Positions 18,717-27,840 of a stretch of DNA of 59,698 nucleotides are shown here, piece by piece. The stretch is from a virus. Taxonomy: Duplodnaviria; Caudoviricetes. How positions within the stretch are numbered: the first letter of the stretch is position 1; every line of letters begins with the position of its first letter. The notes beneath the pieces were generated by a model. The model had not been told where the DNA came from. It made no database searches and saw nothing but the letters and a program-made list of their open reading frames with translations. Where the stretch lies: IMG/VR virus record IMGVR_UViG_3300037054_000205, positions 1 to 59,698 of that record; one strand, written 5' to 3'. The position numbers and the translations under genes were made by a program.

Positions 18717-20937
18717 CAAAAAAAATGTGAACGCTACGGAGCATTTCACAGATTCTGGCCAAATCCGCATCATCGAACTGCCTGGAGCAATCCCGTACGG
18801 CGAGACCGCGATGCCGATTACCGCCGCGCAGGTTGCTTTCGACGACCAGTTGCGTTCTGACGTATCCATGCTACAGGAAGCGAACCTGAATCGCGAGGAA
18901 TCCGAAAGTTTTATCGCTACCCGTGGCTTGATTGGACGCTGGAACCTCGCGGAACTGATGTTACGCGCTTGGGTAGAGCCCGTGAAGTGGAAAGGGAGCG
19001 AGCAATTTCGGTCTCACCTCGGGGTACCCCTTGTCGCGGAGCAATTTTATAGCATTCACAGTGTCGTCAACCAAACTTTATTTGGCGGCTACCAAATTTT
19101 CAAAGTGGATGCGACTTCAGGCACGCCGTTGGATTGCGCCGAAGCCCAGCAAGCCATCCTGAACGCGCAGTTGAAGACCTGCGGGTACAAAGGCGTCTCA
19201 GCCAAGACCGAATTCCGCGAAATCACCTACGACGGACTGTTCTACGGGTTCGGCGTGGCTCACTACGGCTGGCAGAAGACGAAACAGAACATCATCAAGA
19301 AGGTGGCGAAATTCCATCCGCAGACGACCGTCGTAAACGGGGTCGCGGTGACGGTTCCGGTCGCAGATGAAGACGATTACACAGAAGAGATTGTCGGCGT
19401 GCTGGAATTCAATCAGCCGAAAATTGAACATGTGCCGATTCGGCGCTATCGTTATGCTCCTGACCTTCGTCGCGGCGACTCGCGCACCGCTGAATGGAGC
19501 GGGCGCCTACTTTATGTGACGTCCTATGACCTGGATGGGCTCCGAAACACGGACGGGTGGAAGATTCCTACCCGCGCCCAACTGGTAGCCCTCACAACTC
19601 CGCAAATGCAGAACAACGCGACCACGAACCCGCTCGAAACGATGGGTTCGAACACAGGACAACCGATTTTCCAGCAAACCACAACTCCGCAGAAGGCGTT
19701 GCCCGAAAATTACACCGAACGTACCGCGCATGACCCGTTGATGCGGAAATTCGAGCTATTCGACTACTGGACGAGCCTGCGGCATGTGATTATTCTCAAT
19801 AGAGAGTACGTGCTGCTGAATGAAACGCACAAATTCGGTCGTCCACCGTTTTTGAGTTTCTGTTTCCGCGCCGCGCCCGATTCCGCGCATGGATATGGCA
19901 TTGCTTTCTGGCTTACTGACTTTCAACGCATATGCAATGGCGTTATCAACTCGTTTTTGGACGATATGAACCTGAACATGATGGGAACCTACACCGCGCC
20001 CGCTGGCACCAACAACAGCGCTCAGGCTCAGTGGATATTCCCGGGGAAAATCTTCAAATCCGACACCCCGAACGGTAAAATCGAAGCTTTGACACGCAAC
20101 GGCATCGACGCGAAGGAACCTTTGGCGGTTATCGCGCAGATGAAGGCGTGGGCGGCGTCAATCACTGGCGCAGGCCCGGGTACCCTTGGGTCCAACCCCG
20201 GCGCGGCTGGGGATATGCGCACTCCTGCGGGAGTTGAAGCTTTGTCGGGCGGCGAATCGGTCAAGTTGCAAGATTTGGTGGATGTAATCTCCGAACAGGT
20301 ATTCGTTCCGTTCTTGGAGTTCTGTATTGACCAGAATCAGAAGTTGAAGCCGTCGCAACTGCGCGCGATGCTGTCGCAAGCTCTTGGTGAGGCATTCAAA
20401 GCCACGCCGCTGGACATTCTCAACGGCACCTACAAAGTTGACATCTCCGCAGCGACGAAACTCGCGGCGCGCGAAGCGTTGAATAAATACATGGGAATTC
20501 TGCAGACATTCTTGAGTTCCCCGGGCACCGTCGAGAACCTCGCTACGCAGGCGATGAAGTTGGACTACAACGCGATGTTCTCGGCCCTATATGACTCCTT
20601 CGGCGTCCCGTACAAGGAAAAGATTATCGTGCCGATGAACGACGACGACAAACAACGGCTGGCGGCCATGAAGAACCAGCAACAGCCGCAGGATAAGATG
20701 TCGTTGATTAAGGCTCAGGGCGAATCGAAGAAAGACATCGACAACAACCAAGCCGAGAATCGCATGCTGATTGAGACGGGCAAACACACACTCAATACAC
20801 ACGGCGCGGACCATCAAGCGACCATCGACCAAGCGCAAGCGAAGGCGGAAGCCGCCACGCCCCAAGCACAGGGTCTCGACCGGGCGGCGAAGGGTTCATT
20901 CGCCAATATGGATAAAGCCGCATTTCCAGGCAAGTAA
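18703..20937 (+). CDS. portal protein
   Basis: 744 aa, lies between terL and scaffold/capsid; DGLFYGFGV and helical C-terminus. Confidence 0.8.
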   Translation: MAEINKKNVNATEHFTDSGQIRIIELPGAIPYGETAMPITAAQVAFDDQLRSDVSMLQEANLNREESESFIATRGLIGRWNLAELMLRAWVEPVKWKGSEQFRSHLGVPLVAEQFYSIHSVVNQTLFGGYQIFKVDATSGTPLDCAEAQQAILNAQLKTCGYKGVSAKTEFREITYDGLFYGFGVAHYGWQKTKQNIIKKVAKFHPQTTVVNGVAVTVPVADEDDYTEEIVGVLEFNQPKIEHVPIRRYRYAPDLRRGDSRTAEWSGRLLYVTSYDLDGLRNTDGWKIPTRAQLVALTTPQMQNNATTNPLETMGSNTGQPIFQQTTTPQKALPENYTERTAHDPLMRKFELFDYWTSLRHVIILNREYVLLNETHKFGRPPFLSFCFRAAPDSAHGYGIAFWLTDFQRICNGVINSFLDDMNLNMMGTYTAPAGTNNSAQAQWIFPGKIFKSDTPNGKIEALTRNGIDAKEPLAVIAQMKAWAASITGAGPGTLGSNPGAAGDMRTPAGVEALSGGESVKLQDLVDVISEQVFVPFLEFCIDQNQKLKPSQLRAMLSQALGEAFKATPLDILNGTYKVDISAATKLAAREALNKYMGILQTFLSSPGTVENLATQAMKLDYNAMFSALYDSFGVPYKEKIIVPMNDDDKQRLAAMKNQQQPQDKMSLIKAQGESKKDIDNNQAENRMLIETGKHTLNTHGADHQATIDQAQAKAEAATPQAQGLDRAAKGSFANMDKAAFPGK

Positions 20938-20957
20938 ATCTTGATTGAGGAGCATCT

Positions 20958-21383
20958 ATGAGCAGCCCTATCCCCGTCACCGCAGCCACTGCGCCGTTTG
21001 TTCCCACCACCACTCCAAACATTGAGCGGGCGAACCGCCTCATCAGTCTTCGGAGCAATCCCGGTTTTCTTGACCTCCTGCGTCTCTCGCAGGAACTTGT
21101 CGATGAGGCCGTTGAAACGTGTTCTGACTATCCTGGGTGGGACCCGCAACAAATGGTGGTGTTAAAGGTCCGCCAGCAATGCGCCAAGGAGCACCACCGG
21201 ATGATTCTCGTCAAAATCAACGACGCGATTCAGTCGGGAGTCGATGAGATGAAGTCGCATCTCGCGGCGAATACATTGCCCGAGAAGACCGCAGAGGAAG
21301 CGGTTGACCAGGGAGATTACGTGCGTCAGGAGACCCTGAAGAAGTTTGACGAGTTCGATAGCCGCCCTGCCGGGAGTTTCTGA
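20958..21383 (+). CDS. hypothetical head-module protein
   Basis: GAGGAG RBS; typical small gene after the portal. Confidence 0.75.
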   Translation: MSSPIPVTAATAPFVPTTTPNIERANRLISLRSNPGFLDLLRLSQELVDEAVETCSDYPGWDPQQMVVLKVRQQCAKEHHRMILVKINDAIQSGVDEMKSHLAANTLPEKTAEEAVDQGDYVRQETLKKFDEFDSRPAGSF

Positions 21384-21400
21384 CATCTTATTACGAAGTT

Positions 21401-21423
21401 TTAGACTTTCTTCTCCATAAGTG
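21401..21423 (+). promoter_or_regulatory. phage-specific (late) promoter-like motif
   Basis: TTAGAC-TTTCTTCTC-CATAAGTG. Confidence 0.75.
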
Positions 21424-21456
21424 AACCACTACGGAGATACCACAAGGAGCATTCAC

Positions 21457-22563
21457 ATGTCCGATGACACCCGAGTTTTGGCTACCCCGACCATGAACGA
21501 AGAGATTAACGCCGCCGTCCGGGCTGCGCTTGACCCCGCCGACGTTCGCGCGGCAATTTTGGCAGAAGCCGAAAAGCAAGGGCGCGCGTCTGACGATGCC
21601 GTTGCGGCTCAGGCTGCTGCGGACCAAGCCGTTGCTGATAAGGATGCCGCTGACGCTGCGCATGCCGCCGCGCCGAAAGCATTCACCCGCACCGAGACCA
21701 TCGCCGGGACGTCCTTCAACTTTGAAGCGGCCACGGAAATCGAGTTGGAACGCATGGTCAACAACGCATACCGCGTTGCGTACGCCGTGCAGAAGACTGA
21801 AGCGACCGCCACCGTTGTGGACCCCGCCACTACCGCCGCCGCTGCCAAGAAGGAAGCGGAAGCTGCCACTGCCCGCAAAGCCGAATTGGAATTGAATTTC
21901 CGAAGCGGGAATATCACCGCTGCCGAATACATCGAACAGTCAGGCGCGATGAGTGAGTACCTTGCCTCGCAGGGTGTGCCCCTCGACCAACTCAAACAGG
22001 TTGTGGAGCAAACACAAATGAACTCAGAAGCCCAATCGTGGGCCGACGCTGTCGAGGACTTCAAGAATTCTCCTGCTGGTAATGACTGGCCGGGTGGAGA
22101 TGGAAATCTCGTCACTCTTAATGACAAATTGCTTTCTCTTGGATTGGAGGACTCGACCGACAGAGTCGGGGCGTTGACCCGGGCATATGCGGCCATGAGA
22201 AAAGCGGGACAGGTGATTCCGTATACGCCGCCTGCAGAGGAACCAACGAATACTGCGGAAGAAGTTGCGGACGGTGCATCGCGCAGAGCACTTGCTGACA
22301 AACTGGCGAACGATGCTGCGGCTGCAGCGGCTGCGCTTAAAGCAAAGCCTCTGGCGGCGCGCACATCCTCTTCGCTTTTCGGTGCCAGTTCTGGCGTCAG
22401 CGACATACCCACCACAACCACCACAAAAGCGGGAGCAACAATCGAGATTCCGAGAGAAGTATCTCCTGCCGAAATTATTGACGCCTGGAAGAAAGCAGTA
22501 GTGGCGCAGGGTGGTTCTCCCAACGATGAGTTTAAGTCCGCCTTCGCGGGAAAAGCTCGATAA
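21457..22563 (+). CDS. capsid scaffolding protein
   Basis: Ala/Glu-rich helical protein immediately before the capsid gene; AAGGAG RBS. Confidence 0.7.
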   Translation: MSDDTRVLATPTMNEEINAAVRAALDPADVRAAILAEAEKQGRASDDAVAAQAAADQAVADKDAADAAHAAAPKAFTRTETIAGTSFNFEAATEIELERMVNNAYRVAYAVQKTEATATVVDPATTAAAAKKEAEAATARKAELELNFRSGNITAAEYIEQSGAMSEYLASQGVPLDQLKQVVEQTQMNSEAQSWADAVEDFKNSPAGNDWPGGDGNLVTLNDKLLSLGLEDSTDRVGALTRAYAAMRKAGQVIPYTPPAEEPTNTAEEVADGASRRALADKLANDAAAAAAALKAKPLAARTSSSLFGASSGVSDIPTTTTTKAGATIEIPREVSPAEIIDAWKKAVVAQGGSPNDEFKSAFAGKAR

Positions 22564-22667
22564 CGAATTGCGGGTGTAGGCCACACTCGTTTAGGCGCGC
22601 AGAGGGGACTAATTGAACGTCCCCCGCGCAGCCCTCCTGCATTAAATCCTTCAGTCCATTCAAAGTT

Positions 22668-22690
22668 TCTGACTATTCCTTCCATAAGTG
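22668..22690 (+). promoter_or_regulatory. phage-specific (late) promoter-like motif upstream of the capsid gene
   Basis: TCTGAC-TATTCCTTC-CATAAGTG. Confidence 0.75.
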
Positions 22691-22756
22691 TACAGACTCC
22701 TTGAGCAAGAGACTGGTTGACTTTAGAACCGATTACGGTTCACAAGGAGCACTACC

Positions 22757-23752
22757 TTGATTCTACCTCCCGGCGTAGTCAGCACTACCTTAGCGGCTTT
22801 TCCGCAGATTGCTTACGACCGCACCGCCATTCTCGAATGGCAGTTCAATACACCTGTCTTGGAAGAGCTTTGCGACTTCCGTCCGCTGCCTCGGCGTTCG
22901 GGTCGGACGCTTCAGTTCTACGGGCAGACCCCGTTCGCTGCTGCGACCTACGACCTGTCCGAAGGTATTCCGGGTCCGTCACTCCAACTGAACCAAGTGT
23001 TCAGCGATGCATTCGCCGAGGAATACGGCGACTGGATTGGCGTGAGTAACGTAGCCCAGCAAATGTTCCTCGCGGACATTACGCTGGACGCCACCCGCAA
23101 CCTGTCTTACCGTGGCGCTCTCACGAGCAACTTGATTGCGATTAACGGATTCGAAGCTGCCTCAGTCGCGCAGCCGTCCGCCCGCATCGACCTGCTCGAC
23201 AACGAGTTTATGCTTTCCAACACCATTCGGAAGTGCGAATCCCAGTTGATGGGCAACGCTGTTCCGGGTCGTGATGGCGGGCTCTACACGGCTGCGATGC
23301 ATCCTTACGTTGTGTACGACTTCATGTCGGACAACAGCGCCGGGTCTGCCGTCGACGTGATGAAACGCAGTGAAGCTGGCTCGGCTGTCCTGAAGTCGGA
23401 CATGACGCGCGGCTACACCGTGCTGGAGTGGGCTGGCGTTCGAATCATACGCACCCAGACCACGCCGACCTACAGCAATTATCCTTCGGCGGGCAAGACT
23501 GGTTACGCCTCGTACGTGGTTGGCCGAGAAGCCATGATGGCTTCCGAGTTACTCGGCACCCGCGTCCCCCGCAACCCCAGTTTCAAAGTGAACGTGAAGA
23601 CCTTCGGCGACAACGACATCGACTTGTCGAACCCGATGCTTCAGACTCGCGCGATTGTTTCTTACGATTGGTTCCTTGGGGTCGTTGCGAGGCCAAACAC
23701 CAATAATACACCAGGATTCAGGCGTGTTCGTGGTGAAGTTTCCGCCGTGTAA
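22757..23752 (+). CDS. major capsid protein (N4-gp56-like)
   Basis: PLPRRSGRTLQF, LSEGIPG, EYGDWIGVS, MHPYVVYD, GVRIIRT; TTG start with AAGGAG. Confidence 0.88.
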   Translation: MILPPGVVSTTLAAFPQIAYDRTAILEWQFNTPVLEELCDFRPLPRRSGRTLQFYGQTPFAAATYDLSEGIPGPSLQLNQVFSDAFAEEYGDWIGVSNVAQQMFLADITLDATRNLSYRGALTSNLIAINGFEAASVAQPSARIDLLDNEFMLSNTIRKCESQLMGNAVPGRDGGLYTAAMHPYVVYDFMSDNSAGSAVDVMKRSEAGSAVLKSDMTRGYTVLEWAGVRIIRTQTTPTYSNYPSAGKTGYASYVVGREAMMASELLGTRVPRNPSFKVNVKTFGDNDIDLSNPMLQTRAIVSYDWFLGVVARPNTNNTPGFRRVRGEVSAV

Positions 23753-23798
23753 CATGGACGGCGCTCAGTAAGGCTTATTTTGCAGGACAAAATTCGTA

Positions 23799-23830
23799 GG
23801 TGGGTTGAAACCCCCACCCCATTTTTTCTT
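23799..23830 (+). terminator. rho-independent terminator after the capsid gene
   Basis: GGTGGG...CCCACC stem followed by a T-tract. Confidence 0.55.
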
Positions 23831-23850
23831 GAACGAACAGGAGAACTCCA

Positions 23851-24447
23851 GTGTCTAACGCATCTACAGTTCGACGGCAACTCGGCGGAACCCAGCAATT
23901 GACGATTGCTCAGATTCTCGGGACGGCAATCCAAACCACTCCGACCGCATTCCAATTGAACAACAACGGTTTGACTCTGACTGGCGGGGGTGTAATTCCT
24001 CTGTCCGCTGGCGTCACCGGACTGTACCAGGGAACTGGCGCAGTGCTGCATTTCGCGGCTGTTGGAAGTATCGTCGGGGTTGCGAGTACCACATTCATCG
24101 TGCAACTTTACCAAGTTCCGGCGTCTTTGCTTCCCATCGCCGACACTTTGGCGGCCGCACAAACCTTCACGAACTGGAACCTGATTGCCACGTCGTCCAC
24201 TCGCACCATTGGCGCGGCGACCGCTGCATGGTCTCTTGACTCTCGCGTTCAGTTGGACGCCGCAGGACACCTGACCGGGCAGTTCACAGACGAAATTGAT
24301 TCTCTGGTTGACGTGTACGCTCCGATTACCGCAGTGTCGAGTTTGGTTGGCGAAGCCGATTTGAACTTCGTCCTAGTGGCCACTCTGGCGGGCGGCGAGA
24401 CTGGCGTCATCATCACCTGCAATGAGCTGCGGCTTGATTTGGAATAA
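23851..24447 (+). CDS. putative capsid decoration/structural protein
   Basis: AGGAG RBS; beta-rich; follows the capsid gene. Confidence 0.7.
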   Translation: MSNASTVRRQLGGTQQLTIAQILGTAIQTTPTAFQLNNNGLTLTGGGVIPLSAGVTGLYQGTGAVLHFAAVGSIVGVASTTFIVQLYQVPASLLPIADTLAAAQTFTNWNLIATSSTRTIGAATAAWSLDSRVQLDAAGHLTGQFTDEIDSLVDVYAPITAVSSLVGEADLNFVLVATLAGGETGVIITCNELRLDLE

Positions 24448-24458
24448 AGTACGAACTT

Positions 24459-24481
24459 TAAGACTTTCCCCTCCATATATA
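24459..24481 (+). promoter_or_regulatory. phage-specific (late) promoter-like motif
   Basis: TAAGAC-TTTCCCCTC-CATATATA. Confidence 0.7.
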
Positions 24482-24492
24482 GGAGGGACAAC

Positions 24493-24528
24493 GAAACCCT
24501 CCAATCTCAACTTGGAGGGTTTTCTTTT
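24493..24528 (+). terminator. hairpin/terminator that contains the downstream RBS
   Basis: GAAACCCTCCAA / TTGGAGGGTTTT stem plus T-run directly before ATG 24529. Confidence 0.65.
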
Positions 24529-25155
24529 ATGGTCGTATACACGATAGTCAACAGTGAGACCTTAAAGATTTACATCGGACAGCACAATCGAGAGGACGAC
24601 CTAGGAAAGTATTTTTCAAAGAAATTTTACGATGCTCAACGTAAATCGGGAAAACGTTCGCACATCTACGCAGCGATGCGAAAATACTCCCGAGACAAGT
24701 GGAGCATTCACCCATTGATTTCAGGAATCGCGGATAAAAAAGAACTTGACGAAACCGAACAGCTTTTGATTTACGCACTGAACGCGCAGCATCCCGATGT
24801 AGGCTACAACATTTGTGATGGCGGCGAAGGTTTCACAGGACCCCAGTCGCCTGAAGCCAAAGCCAAAATCTCAGCGGCGCTAACAGGTCGTCCCGTGTCC
24901 GCAGAGACTCGTGCCAAAATCGGCGCATCCCAGCCTCGGTCAGCCGCTCAGTTGGCAGCCATTGACCGTACAGGAAAACCTCACACCCCTGAAACTATCG
25001 CAAAAATGATGGGCAACCAAAACTGTCTGGGTCGGGTAAACTCTGAAGAGACTTTGGTAAAGATGCGGGAGTCGGCGAAGATGCGGGGTATCTCACCAGA
25101 AACAAAGAAGAAGATGCAGGATGCTCGGTTTTTGAAGACCGTAGCGTGGGGATAG
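24529..25155 (+). CDS. GIY-YIG homing endonuclease with NUMOD3-type repeats
   Basis: VVYTIVN...KIYIGQ, GYNICDGGEG, SAETRAKI repeats. Confidence 0.88.
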   Translation: MVVYTIVNSETLKIYIGQHNREDDLGKYFSKKFYDAQRKSGKRSHIYAAMRKYSRDKWSIHPLISGIADKKELDETEQLLIYALNAQHPDVGYNICDGGEGFTGPQSPEAKAKISAALTGRPVSAETRAKIGASQPRSAAQLAAIDRTGKPHTPETIAKMMGNQNCLGRVNSEETLVKMRESAKMRGISPETKKKMQDARFLKTVAWG

Positions 25156-25158
25156 GAA

Positions 25159-25181
25159 CAAGACCTTTCAAACCATACATG
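25159..25181 (+). promoter_or_regulatory. phage-specific (late) promoter-like motif
   Basis: CAAGAC-CTTTCAAAC-CATACATG. Confidence 0.6.
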
Positions 25182-25194
25182 AGAGGTGAATTAT

Positions 25195-25401
25195 ATGAGT
25201 GGATTATTGGTTCCCCTAGGGTTCCCGACAGTGAATGCTGGCGGCACCGAAGGATTAGGTGTTGGCGTGCGGACAGACAATCTCACGCTTGTTGCGCCGA
25301 ACGGCACGAGCGGCACGCGCGCGCAAATCGCAGCGGATATCGCAGCGGTGCTCGCGGGCGGCGGACAGAACGTGTTCGGCTTGCAAGGAAACACGCGCTA
25401 A
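25195..25401 (+). CDS. small Gly-rich hypothetical protein
   Basis: GAGGTG RBS. Confidence 0.65.
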   Translation: MSGLLVPLGFPTVNAGGTEGLGVGVRTDNLTLVAPNGTSGTRAQIAADIAAVLAGGGQNVFGLQGNTR

Positions 25402-25422
25402 TTTCGAACGGGAGGAAAGATT

Positions 25423-25629
25423 ATGTCTGTACTCACACCACACATTGGGATAGGAACTGCGTCCCTTAAATCTCCGCTCATCACCCCGGGCTGGCCGCTT
25501 GCGTCTGTGCCCGCCTCGAACCCTATCGCGGGAAATCCCGGGACGACTCCGGGAATGAATACGACCGACGCTGCAGATTTGCTTGCTGCGGCAACCGCAG
25601 CGGGGAACCAAAACAACTCAGTCCTGTAA
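25423..25629 (+). CDS. small hypothetical protein
   Basis: GGAGG RBS. Confidence 0.65.
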   Translation: MSVLTPHIGIGTASLKSPLITPGWPLASVPASNPIAGNPGTTPGMNTTDAADLLAAATAAGNQNNSVL

Positions 25630-25635
25630 ATAGAA

Positions 25636-25658
25636 CAAGACTTTTTCTTCCATAAGTG
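25636..25658 (+). promoter_or_regulatory. phage-specific (late) promoter-like motif
   Basis: CAAGAC-TTTTTCTTC-CATAAGTG. Confidence 0.75.
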
Positions 25659-25691
25659 AAGTTCAATCCTGAATTTTCACTGAGGGTTCCC

Positions 25692-26507
25692 ATGTACCAC
25701 GAGCCAAAAGTTCCCTGCACGTATCCGCACAAACCCGACAACGATTTCTATATCGAATGTGTAATCGTTTGCCATAAGTTCGCCGATTTTCTGTGTCACA
25801 CTTTGCCGCATAATAAATCTTTCTTCAATCGCATCGTGGTCGTGACTTCCCCGGAGGACAAAGCGACTCAGAAACTCTGCGAGTTCTACCATGTCGAGTG
25901 CGTTGTGACTGACCGTCTGCAGACCAAGCAAGGGAAGTTTTGTAAAGGTGCGGGCATTAATGATGGATTGGCGCGCCTGAGCAAACGCGGGTGGGTGGTT
26001 CATATGGACGCCGACATTTGGCTGCCTCCACAATTTCGACTTTTGGTTGCCTGGGCGAACTTGGACAAACGCATGCTTTACGGCATAGACCGCTTTGCCG
26101 TAGTCGGCGCACATAAATGGCAAGCTTTTTTGGAATCCCCTAAACTTCAACATGAGTGTGGGTCCTACATTCATCTCCACAATTCTGGGTTTCCGCTCAG
26201 TACACGGGTAATGCAAACGCACATGGGCGGCTACATGCCGATAGGGTTTTTTCAGTTGTGGAATCCCCCCGGGAGCGGTGTTAGGCATTACCCCGAAGGG
26301 CATCTCGACGCCGGGCGCGAAGACCTGCAGTTCGGTAACAACTGGTTGCGAAACCAACGGGGATTTATTCCCGAAGTGGTATGCTATCACCTCGAAAGCG
26401 AGTCGGGCAAAATGGGTGTGAACTGGGGTGGGCGGCAAACAAAGCCATTTTCCACTAAAGCCCCCACATCTCGGGAGCGGCGCCTGTCCCGTAAATTGGT
26501 CAGTTAA
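25692..26507 (+). CDS. GT-A fold (family 2-like) glycosyltransferase
   Basis: IVVVTSPED, FCKGAGINDG, HMDADIWL (DxD), GFFQLW, EDLQF. Confidence 0.82.
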   Translation: MYHEPKVPCTYPHKPDNDFYIECVIVCHKFADFLCHTLPHNKSFFNRIVVVTSPEDKATQKLCEFYHVECVVTDRLQTKQGKFCKGAGINDGLARLSKRGWVVHMDADIWLPPQFRLLVAWANLDKRMLYGIDRFAVVGAHKWQAFLESPKLQHECGSYIHLHNSGFPLSTRVMQTHMGGYMPIGFFQLWNPPGSGVRHYPEGHLDAGREDLQFGNNWLRNQRGFIPEVVCYHLESESGKMGVNWGGRQTKPFSTKAPTSRERRLSRKLVS

Positions 26508-26508
26508 A

Positions 26509-26531
26509 CAAGACTTTTCCTATCATAAGTG
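26509..26531 (+). promoter_or_regulatory. phage-specific promoter-like motif directly before the tRNA
   Basis: CAAGAC-TTTTCCTAT-CATAAGTG. Confidence 0.75.
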
Positions 26532-26535
26532 TAGC

Positions 26536-26612
26536 TGCGGGGTAGTTCAGCCTGGAAGAATAGTCGGCTCATAACCGAAAGGTCGTTGGTTCAAATCCAA
26601 CCCCCGCAACCA
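26536..26612 (+). tRNA. tRNA with CAT anticodon (Met, or possibly Ile2)
   Basis: Acceptor TGCGGGG/CCCCGCA, anticodon loop CTCATAA, GGTTCAAATCC T-arm, encoded CCA. Confidence 0.95.
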
Positions 26613-26622
26613 AAGTTTCTTC

Positions 26623-26651
26623 TTGACCGCCGAACATGTCGGTGATACACT
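26623..26651 (+). promoter_or_regulatory. sigma70-type promoter
   Basis: TTGACC-17bp-TACACT with TG extension. Confidence 0.5.
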
Positions 26652-26750
26652 GAAAGTCAAGGCATTTGTGGACACAATGCAATGTCCGCGTTGTAAATGC
26701 ACGGTTGCACGCGACCCGAGTAAGCGCGCGGAACCATTTTACTGTTTGGT

Positions 26751-27233
26751 TTGCGGCTGGATTTCTTGGCCGAAAGGAAAGACAAGTTGATGGCTCTAGG
26801 ACACCATAAGCGGGATGTGACAGGGAAGTCACTTTCTCGCACCCACGAAACTCGGGCGTATCGTCTGAAATACCCAGGACGACGACGACCTTGGGATGCG
26901 ACATATCGGCAATCCGAAGCAGGGCACATCGCCCATCAAGAGTACAACGACTCAGAAAAAGGTCGTCTAAATTCGGCGGACGGGAACCTGAAAAGAAAAT
27001 ACGGCAAAGGGCTAGACGACAAAATAGCCCAACATCAGACACAGAATGGACTATGCGGGGTTTGTGGTAATCCGTTATCTACCAAGATGAATGAATGCCA
27101 TTGGGACCATCGTCACGAAACTGGGGAGTTGCGCGAGATTTTACATCCGCGTTGTAATATTGCAGTTGGTTTTATGGAGAGTGAACTACAGCAGCCTGTT
27201 TTAGAGTATCTCAAGAGGCATCGCCATGATTAA
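26751..27233 (+). CDS. endonuclease VII-like (HNH) protein; start may be ATG 26790
   Basis: LKRKYG...QNGLCGVCG...WDHRHETGELREILHPRCN. Confidence 0.82.
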   Translation: MRLDFLAERKDKLMALGHHKRDVTGKSLSRTHETRAYRLKYPGRRRPWDATYRQSEAGHIAHQEYNDSEKGRLNSADGNLKRKYGKGLDDKIAQHQTQNGLCGVCGNPLSTKMNECHWDHRHETGELREILHPRCNIAVGFMESELQQPVLEYLKRHRHD

Positions 27234-27840
27234 TCTGGACCCGTCAAAAGAGAGAATTGGATTTCTGGTGAGACATGGTGAGTTGACCAATCCAGGATGC
27301 TGGGACGGCTGGGGAGACCTGACTCTGAGTGAAGAAGGTCGCCAGCAAGCCGAGCGCGCCGCGCACTGGCTTTCATTCGAGAAAATCGGACGGGCTGTGT
27401 GTTCCGATCTTCCCCGCACTATCGAGACCGCCGAGTACCTCATGAATACGGGTGTAGTGGCCTGTCCGCATCTGGCTTGTGACCCTAACCTGCGACCACG
27501 AAAAGTCGGAGATTTTACGGGCAAGGAAAAGACCCCAGCGCTCCTCGCTGAATTTCAAAAGTATCTGGATGACCCGTCCCTGCAAATTCCAGACGGCGAG
27601 AGCCAAGACCAACTCACGACGCGCGTGCAGGTGATTTATCAGTATCTGTGTGCTCCGTACGAAGCGCTTCCCACGGCCTGTTTCGTTCACAACTCCGTCC
27701 TCAAAGCCTTGATGGGACTGCAGGGGGAGAAGGAAGCCGTCACGCCGGGTGGAATAATTGGGGTGTACATGGACGAAAAAGGTGAGGTATCATTCCAAAT
27801 TGTGCTGGGCGAAGCTAACGCAGAAAAGGGAGTAAGTTAA
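27226..27840 (+). CDS. histidine phosphatase (phosphoglycerate mutase family)
   Basis: LVRHGE, LSEEGRQQA, SDLPRTIETA, GES, VHN. Confidence 0.9.
   Translation: MINLDPSKERIGFLVRHGELTNPGCWDGWGDLTLSEEGRQQAERAAHWLSFEKIGRAVCSDLPRTIETAEYLMNTGVVACPHLACDPNLRPRKVGDFTGKEKTPALLAEFQKYLDDPSLQIPDGESQDQLTTRVQVIYQYLCAPYEALPTACFVHNSVLKALMGLQGEKEAVTPGGIIGVYMDEKGEVSFQIVLGEANAEKGVS

Noticed and set aside
21609-22685. 358-aa minus-strand ORF
   Set aside because: Antisense of the Ala-rich scaffold gene
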